DNA of 61,777 bases from Candidatus Omnitrophota bacterium (GCA_043797735.1 JAZDPH010000035.1:1-61777), one strand, 5' to 3'. Counted from the stretch's first letter, positions 1 to 10,990 are shown. Program-made: numbers and translations. The notes: a model not told the origin generated them from the letters alone.

Positions 1-1
1 G

Positions 2-712
2 CACTATTCCTCCCACGCCCATGAGCAGGTGCTTAAGGAGCTAGTGCCGGATGTATATAGCCGGGCGGTTGAAGAGGAGAAGCTTGACGTTATAGAGATG
101 CCTAAGATTTCAGAGGTCAGGCTTGACAGGAACAGGCTTTCTTTTAAGGCGGTTGTTTCAATAAGCCCGGAAGTAATGATAAAAGATTACAAAGGGATAA
201 AAGTAGATTATCAGAAGATAGCTGTTTCGGCCGATGAGCTAAAGCGCAATTTAGAATCATTAAAGGAATCCAGAAAGATTGATGCCTTAGATGATAGTTT
301 TGCCAGGAGCCTGTGTTATCCGGCGCTTGGCGATTTAGAAAAGGCCGTTGAAAGGCAGCTCTTTGTTCAGAAGGAGAATAGCCTTCGTCAGAGCGCGGAG
401 AATCAGATTGTCGAAAGCCTGTTAAAGCAGGTAAATTTCAATCTGCCCCAATCAATGATAGAGCGGCAGCTTCAGGAGCTGCTCAGGCAGGCCAAGCTTG
501 ACCTTGCCATGAAGGGGGTGGATCGCGAAAAGATTGATGAACAGGAAAAAGAGATGTCCAAAGAGCTTGAGCCGGAGGCAAGAAGGCAGGTGAAGGTTTA
601 TCTGGTATTATCCGAAATCGCAAAAAAAGAAAACATCCCCCTTGATAACAATATGCCGCGTAAGGTAATGGAGTTATTATTAAAAGAAGCAAACTGGGAG
701 GTTAAGGATTAG
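2..712 (+). CDS. tig: trigger factor, C-terminal part (5' end outside window)
   Basis: The frame is open from the window edge. The translation resembles the PPIase-distal and C-terminal arm region of trigger factor. It lies directly upstream of clpP, the conserved tig-clpP order. Confidence 0.85.
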   Translation, partial: HYSSHAHEQVLKELVPDVYSRAVEEEKLDVIEMPKISEVRLDRNRLSFKAVVSISPEVMIKDYKGIKVDYQKIAVSADELKRNLESLKESRKIDALDDSFARSLCYPALGDLEKAVERQLFVQKENSLRQSAENQIVESLLKQVNFNLPQSMIERQLQELLRQAKLDLAMKGVDREKIDEQEKEMSKELEPEARRQVKVYLVLSEIAKKENIPLDNNMPRKVMELLLKEANWEVKD

Positions 713-767
713 GATAAGGTTAAGTTTAAAAATCACAACCTCAACCTCAACCTTATCCTAATCCTAA
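698..767. repeat. word-repeat hairpin (GGTTAAGG/CCTTAACC-type words)
   Basis: AGGATTAGGATAAGGTT (705-721) pairs perfectly with AACCTTATCCTAATCCT (749-765). It overlaps the tig stop codon. Confidence 0.8.
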
Positions 768-777
768 TTCTTTTAAA

Positions 778-1392
778 ATGGAGGTGGTTATGGACGTAAG
801 AATGCAGACATTGGTTCCCATGGTTATTGAGCAGACGGCAAAGGGCTATGAGCGCGCATACGATATTTATTCGCGCCTCTTGAAAGAGCGCATTGTATTT
901 ATCGGTACGGCTATTGAAGATTACGTGGCAAACCTGGCGATTGCGCAGATGTTGTTTTTGCAGATGGAAGACGTAAATAAAGATATTAACGTTTATATTA
1001 ATTCCCCCGGCGGCTCAGTCAGCGCGGGGCTGGCGATATATGATACGATGCAGTTTGTAAAATGCGACGTCGCCACCTACTGTGTAGGGCAGGCATCCAG
1101 TATGGGGGCGCTGCTTTTGTGCGCCGGCGCTAAAGGCAAACGGCATTCCCTGCCTAACTCCCGGGTTATGATTCATCAGCCCTGGGGCGGCATTCAGGGG
1201 GCGGCAGAGGATATTTCCCGCCATGCCCAGGAAATTTTAAAGATGCGCGATAGGATAAACGAAATACTTGCAAAACATACCAGGCAGCCGCTGGAAAAAA
1301 TACAGAAGGACACCGACAGGGATTATTTTATGTCGGCAGCAGAGGCTAAGGATTACGGTTTAATTGACGAAGTAATAGTACCGCAGGCCTAG
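778..1392 (+). CDS. clpP: ATP-dependent Clp protease proteolytic subunit
   Basis: Typical ClpP sequence ([44 protein letters not shown]). GGAGGTGG lies at 781-788, so the true start may be 790 or 802. Confidence 0.95.
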   Translation: MEVVMDVRMQTLVPMVIEQTAKGYERAYDIYSRLLKERIVFIGTAIEDYVANLAIAQMLFLQMEDVNKDINVYINSPGGSVSAGLAIYDTMQFVKCDVATYCVGQASSMGALLLCAGAKGKRHSLPNSRVMIHQPWGGIQGAAEDISRHAQEILKMRDRINEILAKHTRQPLEKIQKDTDRDYFMSAAEAKDYGLIDEVIVPQA

Positions 1393-1402
1393 GAGGAGTA
1401 AA

Positions 1403-2539
1403 ATGAAAAAGAGTTATTTATTGACGCCGGGGCCTACCCCTCTTCCCCCGCAGGTCTTAGCTGCGCTGGCCCGGCCGATCATGCATCACCGTACCCCGCA
1501 ATTCCAGGCAATAATAAAAGAGGCGCAAGGCGGGCTAAAGTATTTGTTTCAGACTGCAGGCGATGTTTTTATGCTGGCCTCTTCCGGGACCGGTGCGATG
1601 GAGGCGGCAGTGGTCAACCTGCTTTCGCCGGCGGATACGGCAATTATAGTCCAGGGCGGCAAATTTGGCGAAAGATGGACGGAGCTCTGCAGGGCATACG
1701 GGATAAATGCCGAGATAATTGACGTGGAATGGGGTAAGGCTGTCTCTGCGCAGGAGATTGCAAAAAGGCTAAAGGCAAATCCCAGGATAAAAGTAGTTTT
1801 TACCACGCTCTGCGAAACCTCCACGGGCGTGGATAACGATATTGAGTCTATAGCAGGAGCAGTAAAGGCTACAGACGCGGTATTAGTCGTAGATGCCATC
1901 AGCGGCCTGGGGGCAGTTGATTTAAAAACCGATGCCTGGGGCTGCGATGTGGTGGTTTCAGGTTCGCAGAAAGGGCTGATGCTCCCTCCGGGACTGGGCT
2001 TTATCTCTGTTAGCCCCAAGGCCTGGAAATTGGCGGAAAATGCAAAATGTCCGAGGTATTATTTTGACCTGAATAAAGCCAAAAAGGCCCTAAGTAAAAC
2101 CGATACGCCCTTTACGCCGGCCATAACTTTAATCATCGCCTTGATCGAGTCGTTAAAGATGCTTAAAGAAGATGGGCTGGAAAATGTATTCAGCCGGCAC
2201 AAAAAGATGGCGGATGCTGCCCGGGCAGCAATGAAGGGCCTGGGGTTAGAGTTATTTGCGTCTTCCGCTGCTTCGGATGCGGTAACTGCCGTAAAAGTTC
2301 CCGGGGCAATAGACGGAGAAAAGCTGGTCAAAACCATGCGCGACGCTTACAGTATTACTATTGCCGGCGGGCAGGCAGAACTAAAAGGAAAGATTTTCAG
2401 GATTGCCCATATGGGCTATATCGGGGAGTTTGATATTATTCTGTGTATATCCTGCCTGGAAAAAGTATTGCATCAGGCGGGGCATAAGTTTGAGTTGGGT
2501 GCGGGGGTAAGGGCGGCGGAAGAAGTATTCTTGAAATAA
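1403..2539 (+). CDS. class-V pyridoxal-phosphate aminotransferase (serine-glyoxylate / phosphoserine aminotransferase type)
   Basis: 378 aa with LTPGPTP start, an SGTGAMEAA-type motif and SGSQKGL (PLP lysine). RBS AGGAGG is present. It lies immediately upstream of serA, which suggests a SerC-like role. Confidence 0.8.
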   Translation: MKKSYLLTPGPTPLPPQVLAALARPIMHHRTPQFQAIIKEAQGGLKYLFQTAGDVFMLASSGTGAMEAAVVNLLSPADTAIIVQGGKFGERWTELCRAYGINAEIIDVEWGKAVSAQEIAKRLKANPRIKVVFTTLCETSTGVDNDIESIAGAVKATDAVLVVDAISGLGAVDLKTDAWGCDVVVSGSQKGLMLPPGLGFISVSPKAWKLAENAKCPRYYFDLNKAKKALSKTDTPFTPAITLIIALIESLKMLKEDGLENVFSRHKKMADAARAAMKGLGLELFASSAASDAVTAVKVPGAIDGEKLVKTMRDAYSITIAGGQAELKGKIFRIAHMGYIGEFDIILCISCLEKVLHQAGHKFELGAGVRAAEEVFLK

Positions 2540-2549
2540 GGGAGTAAAA

Positions 2550-4136
2550 ATGATTAAGATTCTAGTCAGCGATGCATTGTCGGAAGAGGGCCTGAAGATA
2601 CTCAGAGAGGTTAAGGAATTTAAGGTTGATGTCAAGACCGGCATGAAGCCTGAGGAGTTGAAGGAGGCTGTTAAAAATTACGATGCCCTGCTGATAAGAA
2701 GCGCGACCAAAGTTACCAGAGAGGTCATTAACGCAGCCGATAAATTGAGGGTTATCGGCCGTGCCGGCGTAGGCCTGGATAATGTGGACCTGGAGGCGGC
2801 TACGCAAAAGGGGATAATCGTAATGAACACACCTGCCGGCAATACCATCTCCACCGCTGAACATACCATGAGCATGATTCTGGCGCTCTCCAGGAATATA
2901 GCGCAGGCGAATATCTCGATGAAAAAAGGCGAATGGAAGCGTTCAAAGTTTATGGGGGTTGAGCTTTACGCCAAGACGCTGGGGGTGGTGGGCCTGGGCA
3001 GGATCGGTTCGGAGTTGGTTAAGCGGGCCTTGTCTTTTGAGATGAAAGTTTTAGCATATGATCCGTTTCTTTCGCTGGAGGTGGCAAAAAACCTGGGGGC
3101 GGAAGTGGTGGAATTAAAGGAACTGCTTAAGCGCTCCGACTATATCAGTGTACATGCCCCTTTGGGCAAAGAGACAAAACATATGATTTCCGACGGTGAA
3201 TTCGCCTTAATGAAGAAGGGGGTGCGTGTCGTTAATTGCGCCCGCGGCGGAATTATTGACGAGGCAGCGTTGGTAAAGGCGGTTAAAGACGGCAAAGTGG
3301 CCGGCGCGGCTTTGGATGTGTTTGAAGAAGAGCCCTTGCCTGCAGAGAGCGAGCTTTTAAAATACGACAATATTATTCTTACTCCCCATTTAGGCGCCTC
3401 AACCGAAGAGGCCCAGGTTAACGTGGCCATTGAGGTATCGGAGATAGTGCGCGATGCTCTTCTAAACAGGGGGATTCGTAACGCCGCAAATTATCCCTGC
3501 CTTGAAGCTGAAACTGCCAAGATTATCCAGCCGCAGATCAATCTGGCAGAAAAGCTAGGGGCATTCGCCAGCCAGTTAATTGAAGGCAGGATTTGCGCGT
3601 TGAATATAAAATACAGCGGAGAGATTATCAAGCAGACTCTTGCGCCGCTTACGCTTGCGGTGGCAAAGGGGATGCTCTCTCCGATGCTGCAGGAGACGGT
3701 AAATTTTATAAATGCCGTGGCCTTAGCAAAAGAGCGGGGCATAAAGATAAGCGAGTCAAAGTCCTCCCAGGAGGAGGAGTTTGTGAGTTTAATTGAGCTG
3801 GAGCTTAAGACCGACAAAGAAACATACGCTATCTGCGGCACATTATCGGCTAATAAACAGCCGCGGGTGGTAAAGATAAATCAATATTATGTGGAGCTAT
3901 CTCCCTACGGAGAGATGATTTTTATACAGAACCTGGACAAGCCGGGCATCATCGGTAATTTAGGGACTCTTTTAGGAAAACACAACATTAATATCGCGGC
4001 AATGACCTTTGGCCGCGATAAGCGCGGCGGCCGGGCGATCAGCGTATTAAATGTGGACAGCCCCGTATCAGCTGCTATCCTGGATAAGATAAAGAAATTA
4101 AAGAATATTCTAACGGTAAAGGTAATAAAACTATGA
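2550..4136 (+). CDS. serA: D-3-phosphoglycerate dehydrogenase (long form with ACT domain)
   Basis: 528 aa with NAD fold GVVGLGRIG, a 2-hydroxyacid dehydrogenase core (NCARGG, HLGAST) and a C-terminal ACT-like segment. Confidence 0.92.
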   Translation: MIKILVSDALSEEGLKILREVKEFKVDVKTGMKPEELKEAVKNYDALLIRSATKVTREVINAADKLRVIGRAGVGLDNVDLEAATQKGIIVMNTPAGNTISTAEHTMSMILALSRNIAQANISMKKGEWKRSKFMGVELYAKTLGVVGLGRIGSELVKRALSFEMKVLAYDPFLSLEVAKNLGAEVVELKELLKRSDYISVHAPLGKETKHMISDGEFALMKKGVRVVNCARGGIIDEAALVKAVKDGKVAGAALDVFEEEPLPAESELLKYDNIILTPHLGASTEEAQVNVAIEVSEIVRDALLNRGIRNAANYPCLEAETAKIIQPQINLAEKLGAFASQLIEGRICALNIKYSGEIIKQTLAPLTLAVAKGMLSPMLQETVNFINAVALAKERGIKISESKSSQEEEFVSLIELELKTDKETYAICGTLSANKQPRVVKINQYYVELSPYGEMIFIQNLDKPGIIGNLGTLLGKHNINIAAMTFGRDKRGGRAISVLNVDSPVSAAILDKIKKLKNILTVKVIKL

Positions 4137-5875
4137 AGAGGCCTATTATTAAGTTAGCAGCCTTTCTGTTTTCTGTTTTCTGTTTTCTGGTTATTATATC
4201 TTCCGTTGCTTACGCAGGAGAAATTACCATTATTTATACCGGAGACACCCATGCGATGCTCTATCCTTGCAACTGTCCTATAGAGCCTGACGGAGGCATT
4301 GCTAGGAGAGTGGCTCTAATTAAAGAGTTAAGGGAAAAATATCCGGCCTGCCTGGTTTTGGATTCGGGAAATTTTTTCGCCGGCGGCCTTTTGGATGAAT
4401 ATACGCAGAATACCGGCCTTGATAAGAGGCGCACGATGATAAATCTAAAAGGCATGGAGATGGCCGGCTATGATGCCGTGGCAGTAGGCGATGCGGAATT
4501 CAATTTCGGCAAGGATTTTTTGCTGGAAAATATTGCTCAGGCGCAGATGCCTTTTCTTTCCTCTAACATTAACTTAAGTAAATTCCTGCCTTCGTTAGTC
4601 AAGGAAATTGACGGGGTCAAGATCGGCATCGTCGGGTTGACCGCGCCTTTGGCTGCCCAAAAGGCAGAGGGGTTGAAATTCATCGACCCCGAGATTGCCT
4701 TAGCCGCGCAGGTTAATGAATTAAAGAAGAACGGCGCAGACGTAATAGTGCTTTTAAGCAACCTGCAAACAGAAGAAAATCTGGTCTTAATCCAAAACAT
4801 AAAGGGGATAGATATTGTTATCGAGGGCGGCGATGCCCAGGGCAAGCCTTTTACAAAAATAGGCGACGCTGCAGTTGTTAAGGCCAGCCGGCAGGGCCGC
4901 CGGCTCGGCAAACTTACCTTTTCTTTAAAGGACAATAAGTTAACGGACTTTAAATCAGAGAATTTACGGCTTTCCGATGAAATTAAAAATGACCAGGATG
5001 TCCTTTCGGTATTACCGATGTGTTTTACAGATGCCAACTGCCGGCAGGACGGCCTGGAAGGCGCCTGTAAAGGCCCCGGGGAAAACAACGCATCCTGTGT
5101 ATTCGAAAAGTCAAATCCAGTAAAACTTTTGGTTATCACCGCCAGCAAATGCAAGACTTGCAATACATATGAGGTCATTGAGTCTTTGAAGAAACATTTT
5201 CCGGGGCTGGATATTTCTTACCTTTATTATCCCGGCAGAAAGGCGCAGAAGTTTATCAATGATTTCGCGATTGGAGCCCTGCCGGCGTATCTTTTTGGCG
5301 CGGAGGTTGAAAAAGACAGGAAATTCGCTAATTTCAAGAAGGACCTTGCAAAAAAGGACGGTTATTATTTATTATCGCCCCAGGCAAGCGGCATCGCTTA
5401 TTTTATTAATAGGAAAGAAGAGAAGAAAAGGTTTGATTTATTCTTGAGCCTGTTTGATAAGAACAGCCGGCAGGTTCTTGAGGTAACGCGGGAGTTTAAT
5501 CCGGAGGTGCATTTTCTGGCCGCTGAGAAGGGCGAGGGTTTTGATGCTGCCGCAGGCAGCATTGAGGCCGAGGAGTACCTGCGCGCGGCCTGCCTGAAGA
5601 AATACTATCCGGGAAAGTTCTGGGATTATATAAGCTGCCGGGCTGCCGATATCAATACCTCCTGGTGGGAGGATTGCGCCGGCGAAGTGGACAGGGATAA
5701 AATTAAAGCCTGCGCCAGGGGCGATGAAGGCAAGGGGCTTTTAAGGGATAATATAAGCATTAACAAAGAAATTCATGTTTTATTCGGGCCGGTATATATG
5801 ATAAATAATAATGAGATATTCAGCTCAAAAGGGGCCATTTCGAAAGAAGAATTGGAGAGGGTTATTAAAAAATAA
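4133..5875 (+). CDS. secreted 5'-nucleotidase/metallophosphoesterase-like protein with Cys-rich thioredoxin-like C-terminal half
   Basis: Has a signal peptide. The N-terminal half resembles the UshA/SoxB phosphoesterase fold (GDTHA, DSGNF), but the GNHEF motif reads GDAEF. The C-terminal half has CxxC-like Cys pairs. Confidence 0.55.
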   Translation: MKRPIIKLAAFLFSVFCFLVIISSVAYAGEITIIYTGDTHAMLYPCNCPIEPDGGIARRVALIKELREKYPACLVLDSGNFFAGGLLDEYTQNTGLDKRRTMINLKGMEMAGYDAVAVGDAEFNFGKDFLLENIAQAQMPFLSSNINLSKFLPSLVKEIDGVKIGIVGLTAPLAAQKAEGLKFIDPEIALAAQVNELKKNGADVIVLLSNLQTEENLVLIQNIKGIDIVIEGGDAQGKPFTKIGDAAVVKASRQGRRLGKLTFSLKDNKLTDFKSENLRLSDEIKNDQDVLSVLPMCFTDANCRQDGLEGACKGPGENNASCVFEKSNPVKLLVITASKCKTCNTYEVIESLKKHFPGLDISYLYYPGRKAQKFINDFAIGALPAYLFGAEVEKDRKFANFKKDLAKKDGYYLLSPQASGIAYFINRKEEKKRFDLFLSLFDKNSRQVLEVTREFNPEVHFLAAEKGEGFDAAAGSIEAEEYLRAACLKKYYPGKFWDYISCRAADINTSWWEDCAGEVDRDKIKACARGDEGKGLLRDNISINKEIHVLFGPVYMINNNEIFSSKGAISKEELERVIKK

Positions 5876-5876
5876 A

Positions 5877-5985
5877 CCCAAATTCCAAGATACAATAACC
5901 CTGCCTGCGGGGCTCGCAATGACGAATGTTTGGTAATTGGTTATTGAATATTGGAATTTGTTTGTATCTTGTGTCTTGGCCATTG
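5877..5985. repeat. cluster of inverted short words
   Basis: CCAAATTCC/GGAATTTGG-like, CAAGATACAA/TTGTATCTTG and AATAACC/GGTTATT pairs. A CTCGCAATGAC half-element lies in the middle. Confidence 0.6.
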
Positions 5986-6045
5986 GTTATTTCGTGTAAA
6001 AAACATGATTTATTTCGAATTTAACATTAAATTAAGGGGTGTTAC

Positions 6046-7284
6046 ATGAAAGATAGGCCTAAGATTTATATTATTGACGTTACTAACCGCGACGGGGTGC
6101 AGACTTCGCGGATCTGCCTTTCCAAACTGCAAAAGACGATGCTCAATATTTACCTTAACGAAATGGGCATCTTTCAGTCGGAGTTCGGCTTTCCGGTTAC
6201 GCACCATGAGACAAATTATCTGAATGCAAACCTGGAGTTGGTAGGAAGAAAAGTAATCTCAAGGATGAGGTTAGGGGGCTGGATCAGGGCGACCAGGGAT
6301 GATGTGAGCGCGGCCCTGCGGATGGTCCCGCAGATAAAACACCTGAACCTTTCCATTTCAACCTCAGAACAGATGATCATGCATAAATTTAAAGGAAAGC
6401 TTGACCATCAGTCAGTGATAAGGGAGATGGCAGCCGCAGTCAGGCAGGCCAAGAAGTCAGGCGCCTCCAGCGTCGGGGTTAACGCTGAGGATGCCTCGCG
6501 CACGAAGATGGAGTATCTCATAGAGTTTTCACTGGCCGCTAAAAGCGCAGGCGCCGACAGGATTCGTTATTGCGATACCTTAGGCTACGATACGCCGTTT
6601 ACAATTTATGAAAGAATTAAACTCCTTGCCGAAACGGTTTGTATGCCTTTAGAGATTCACTGCCACAACGACTTGGGGATGGTGGTGGCAAATTCTATTG
6701 CCGGGGCAAAGGCGGCAAACGACGCCGGATTCGACGCCTACATAAATACCTGCGTTAACGGCATGGGCGAGCGCGCCGGTAATGCGGACCTGGTTTCGGT
6801 AATCCTGGCTATAAAGTACGGCAACGGTATGCAGGGATACGCGTTAAGCGAAAGGATTAATTTAAAAATCGCCTGGAGGCTTTCTAAATACGCATCTTAT
6901 GCCTTTAGCGTGCCCATACCGATAAACCAGCCGGGAGTAGGCGCTAATGCCTTTGCGCATGAATCGGGAATCCATGCCGACGGGGCCCTCAAAGACAGGC
7001 GTAATTACGAACTCTATGACTTTGAGGAATTAGGCAGGGGCGAGCCGGAGATAGTCCAGACCGGCCGCAGGATAACTACCGGAGAATATTCGGGTATAAA
7101 GGGCTTTAGAAACGTTTACGAGAAACTGGAAGTTTCATTTGCCGACGACAAAGAGGCGAAGGAGGTTTTGGAACTGGTCAGGTATGCCAATGTCCATAAC
7201 CAGAAGCCCCTGGTTGATGAAGAGTTAAAATTTATCGCTCGTAATCCGGAGATCGCGCGCAAGATTTTTACCATGACACCGTAA
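6046..7284 (+). CDS. HMGL-like (DRE-TIM) acetyl-CoA:2-oxoacid condensing enzyme, homocitrate/isopropylmalate/citramalate synthase family
   Basis: 412 aa with the N-terminal motif DVTNRDGVQ, the HCHNDLGM metal motif and GERAGNA. Substrate cannot be assigned from sequence alone. Confidence 0.8.
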   Translation: MKDRPKIYIIDVTNRDGVQTSRICLSKLQKTMLNIYLNEMGIFQSEFGFPVTHHETNYLNANLELVGRKVISRMRLGGWIRATRDDVSAALRMVPQIKHLNLSISTSEQMIMHKFKGKLDHQSVIREMAAAVRQAKKSGASSVGVNAEDASRTKMEYLIEFSLAAKSAGADRIRYCDTLGYDTPFTIYERIKLLAETVCMPLEIHCHNDLGMVVANSIAGAKAANDAGFDAYINTCVNGMGERAGNADLVSVILAIKYGNGMQGYALSERINLKIAWRLSKYASYAFSVPIPINQPGVGANAFAHESGIHADGALKDRRNYELYDFEELGRGEPEIVQTGRRITTGEYSGIKGFRNVYEKLEVSFADDKEAKEVLELVRYANVHNQKPLVDEELKFIARNPEIARKIFTMTP

Positions 7285-7298
7285 TAGGTTATAAAAAT

Positions 7299-8643
<1,345 letters not shown>

Positions 8644-8660
8644 GTGAGGTCTAAACTTAT

Positions 8661-8802
8661 GGAGCGAAGCGAACATAAGTTTATGACCGAACTTATCCCG
8701 CCGAATGTGCTAAAATTGTGGAACAGAATTTTAGCACATCCTATGAGGCGGGATAGAGGATACAGCTGGAGCGAAGCGAACATAAGTTTATGACCGAACT
8801 TA
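8661..8802 (+). repeat. 107-bp tandem module: conserved 35-nt box plus a variable hairpin, two copies
   Basis: GGAGCGAAGCGAACATAAGTTTATGACCGAACTTA occurs at 8661-8695 and 8768-8802. Each copy is followed by a different hairpin (ATCCCGCC...GGCGGGAT; CCCAGC...GCTGGG). Confidence 0.8.
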
Positions 8803-8871
8803 CCCAGCATTTTCTAAGACGAAATTATTTATAGGCTAAGAAAGGGCTGGGTCAAGCGCTCATTAAATATC

Positions 8872-8900
8872 TTGACTATAAACACCACTTATGTTATAGT
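8872..8900 (+). promoter_or_regulatory. sigma70-like promoter of the OmpA-like gene
   Basis: TTGACT (8872-8877), 17 nt, TATAGT (8895-8900), about 30 nt before the RBS and ATG 8931. Confidence 0.6.
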
Positions 8901-8930
8901 AAAAAATAAATTTATAAAAGGAGGCGTAGC

Positions 8931-9572
8931 ATGAAGTTTAGAATAATAAAGGCCGTTTTAATAATTTTTGTAACTTTATCCATGGCAGGCTGCACTTTCA
9001 TTTTCCAGAAAGGCAGGCGTTCCGATATGGACAAGATAAAGGAACTATCCCGCCAGGTTGATGAATTAAGCCAGGCTAAAAAGATTTTGGAGGAAAGATT
9101 CGGGCAGGAGATTGCCGATAGGCAGGTAAAGCTAGAGATGCAGGATAAAGGCTTGGTCATTACTGTAGTGGGAGACCTCTTGTTTGACTCGGGAAAGGCT
9201 ACTATAAGGCACGAGGCTTATCCGGTGATGGATAAGGTCGGCCTTTTCCTGAAGGAGAATGTACCGAATTTAAATGTCGCGATAGAGGGCCATACGGACA
9301 ATCAGCCGATTCAACATTCGGGATGGAAGTCTAACTGGGAGCTGTCCACTGCGCGCGCCTTAAGCGTGCTGCATTATTTGGTCAACGAGGAGAATATTTT
9401 ACCCGAACGCCTTTCGGCAATCGGATACGGAGAGTACCGTCCGGTCGCCTCTAACGACACCAGGGAGGGCACGCAGTTAAACCGCAGGGTTGAAATCGTC
9501 ATCATGCCTAAACTTGCAAAGGTTAAGGGGAAAGAAGAGATATTGCTTGAGCCGCAGGAGAACCTAAAATAA
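8931..9572 (+). CDS. OmpA/MotB-family peptidoglycan-associated lipoprotein
   Basis: Lipobox LSMAGC, a coiled segment, and an OmpA_C-like domain (GHTDN..., NWELSTARA, NRRVEIV). RBS AAAGGAGG. Confidence 0.85.
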   Translation: MKFRIIKAVLIIFVTLSMAGCTFIFQKGRRSDMDKIKELSRQVDELSQAKKILEERFGQEIADRQVKLEMQDKGLVITVVGDLLFDSGKATIRHEAYPVMDKVGLFLKENVPNLNVAIEGHTDNQPIQHSGWKSNWELSTARALSVLHYLVNEENILPERLSAIGYGEYRPVASNDTREGTQLNRRVEIVIMPKLAKVKGKEEILLEPQENLK

Positions 9573-9629
9573 GTGAGGCCTAGGCCTCACTTATCCTGAG
9601 TCCGCCGAAGGCGGACGAAGGATCTCAAT
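9571..9629 (+). repeat. composite repeat: AAGTG...CACTT hairpin plus ATCCTGAGTCCGCC...GGCGGACGAAGGATCTCAAT hairpin (copy 1)
   Basis: The same architecture and a near-identical second module occur at 10116-10206. Confidence 0.8.
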
Positions 9630-9648
9630 GTAAAGAAGGGCTAAACTT

Positions 9649-10041
9649 ATGGAAGAAAACATTAAAAGCAGAATAATTCTTGTAGTATCAATATTGGCGC
9701 TCATATTTTTTGTCGGCTCGTTAAAGTCCTGCGGTAACGCCTACCGCCAGAAACAGTCTCGCGATAAAGAGATGGCCGCAAGGCTTGACCTGGAGGAGAG
9801 GGTAAGCAAAATCTCGCAGGAGAGCTTAGTGTCGCAGGAGAGGCTTAAGGCGGTTGAGAAGGAATTACGCGAGGTAAAACTTGAACTTGAGCAAGCTAAA
9901 AGGGCCCTTAATCAGGAACAGTTGACTAATCGGTATCTCAAGGAAGAGCTGGAGAAAGTTACCAAATTGAAAGAGACGCTTGAGGAGAATTTGAAAGAGG
10001 AGTTGGTTAAGGATAAGTCAAGCGGGCTCAGAAAAAAATGA
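9649..10041 (+). CDS. membrane-anchored coiled-coil protein, unknown function
   Basis: 130 aa with an N-terminal TM helix followed by E/K/L-rich heptad-like sequence. It is bracketed by two copies of a composite repeat. Confidence 0.5.
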   Translation: MEENIKSRIILVVSILALIFFVGSLKSCGNAYRQKQSRDKEMAARLDLEERVSKISQESLVSQERLKAVEKELREVKLELEQAKRALNQEQLTNRYLKEELEKVTKLKETLEENLKEELVKDKSSGLRKK

Positions 10042-10086
10042 TGATATGAGGCTATAAGGCATGAGGAAGAAGGGTTTGCCTAAAAA

Positions 10087-10108
10087 GGGGATATTTATCC
10101 CCTTTTTT
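10087..10108 (+). terminator. classical Rho-independent terminator
   Basis: GGGGAT-ATTT-ATCCCC followed by TTTTTT, downstream of the coiled-coil gene. Confidence 0.8.
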
Positions 10109-10115
10109 ATTAAAT

Positions 10116-10206
10116 AAGTGCGGTCATACCCGCCATAGTTCTTTGGCGGGTATGACCGCACTTATCCTGAGTCCGCCAAAAATCATGGCGGACGAAGGAT
10201 CTCAAT
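10116..10206 (+). repeat. composite repeat (copy 2)
   Basis: AAGTGCGGTCATACCCGCC...GGCGGGTATGACCGCACTT followed by ATCCTGAGTCCGCC-loop-GGCGGACGAAGGATCTCAAT. Confidence 0.8.
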
Positions 10207-10223
10207 TGACGGGGAGGGACGCG

Positions 10224-10952
10224 ATGCGTGTTTTACGTAAAATAAAAAAAAAGTTTAAAAAAACTACTCCCGCTATAAAGAAGGCTGTTAAGCCGCCGCC
10301 GCTTTCTATGCAGCCGAAACAGCCGAAGAAAGAGGCTCTTTCCAGCGAAGAGGTGCTGATAGAAAAACAAAAGTTTTCGCAGCCGCAAAGCAGCGCCCCT
10401 GCCGCATCGCAGCGTGTTTTTGCGCGGGAGCTGCCCGCGCGTTACGGTAAGGGCTTAATTGTCCTGCAGGTCCGCGACCCGAAGTGGCTGTATGTTTATT
10501 GGGAGGTAGAGGATTCGGCGGCCGAAAAATTAAAAGGCGAATTAAAGGAGCGCTTCTATAATGCCAGGCTCCTCTTGCGCGTATATGATATAAGCCATAT
10601 AATATTTGACGGTAATAATGCCAATGCTTTTTTTGACATAGGGATAAGCGGATACGTGGGTAGTTGGTATATGCAGGTTGGCCCGGGCAGGTCTTGGTGC
10701 GTGGATTTGGGTTTTCAATTAGGCGACGGGACTTTTATAAAACTATTGCGTTCCAATACCGTGCATACCCCTTTAGACGGCCCCTCTTTGATTACCGATG
10801 AGGAGTGGATGGTCAAGGAAGAAGATTTTGCCCGCCTTTACGGCATGGGTTTCGGCTTCGGGAAAAGTTCTCCCGTAGGCAAGGCCTGGCAGAAGCGGAT
10901 AAAAAAGATACTCTTCTCCAGGGAAGTTTCTTCGCGAAGGATTAGTGCATAA
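10224..10952 (+). CDS. DUF4912-like protein (Lys/Pro-rich N-terminus)
   Basis: The motif ELPARYGKGLIVLQVRDPKWLYVYWEV is typical of the family commonly found next to GH57 glucan-branching genes. I chose the start at ATG 10224 (RBS GGGGAGGG) because the longer ORF from 10143 runs through a repeat hairpin. Confidence 0.7.
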   Translation: MRVLRKIKKKFKKTTPAIKKAVKPPPLSMQPKQPKKEALSSEEVLIEKQKFSQPQSSAPAASQRVFARELPARYGKGLIVLQVRDPKWLYVYWEVEDSAAEKLKGELKERFYNARLLLRVYDISHIIFDGNNANAFFDIGISGYVGSWYMQVGPGRSWCVDLGFQLGDGTFIKLLRSNTVHTPLDGPSLITDEEWMVKEEDFARLYGMGFGFGKSSPVGKAWQKRIKKILFSREVSSRRISA

Positions 10953-10990
10953 TCAGCCGAGAATTATTGAAACTGAAAGAAAACATTTCT

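Noticed and set aside
4537-5178. 213-aa minus-strand ORF, plus similar antisense ORFs (e.g. 1549-2019, 14278-14796, 17177-17674, 20269-20766, 38922-39413, 42837-43499, 47278-47871, 59845-60318)
   Set aside because: All are fully contained within well-supported + strand genes and have Ser/Pro/Ala-rich compositions typical of antisense frames.
10061-10117. 18-codon ORF (MRKKGLPKKGIFIPFFIK) downstream of the coiled-coil gene
   Set aside because: Its 3' half is simply the GGGGAT..ATCCCC-T6 terminator read as codons, and there is no convincing RBS.
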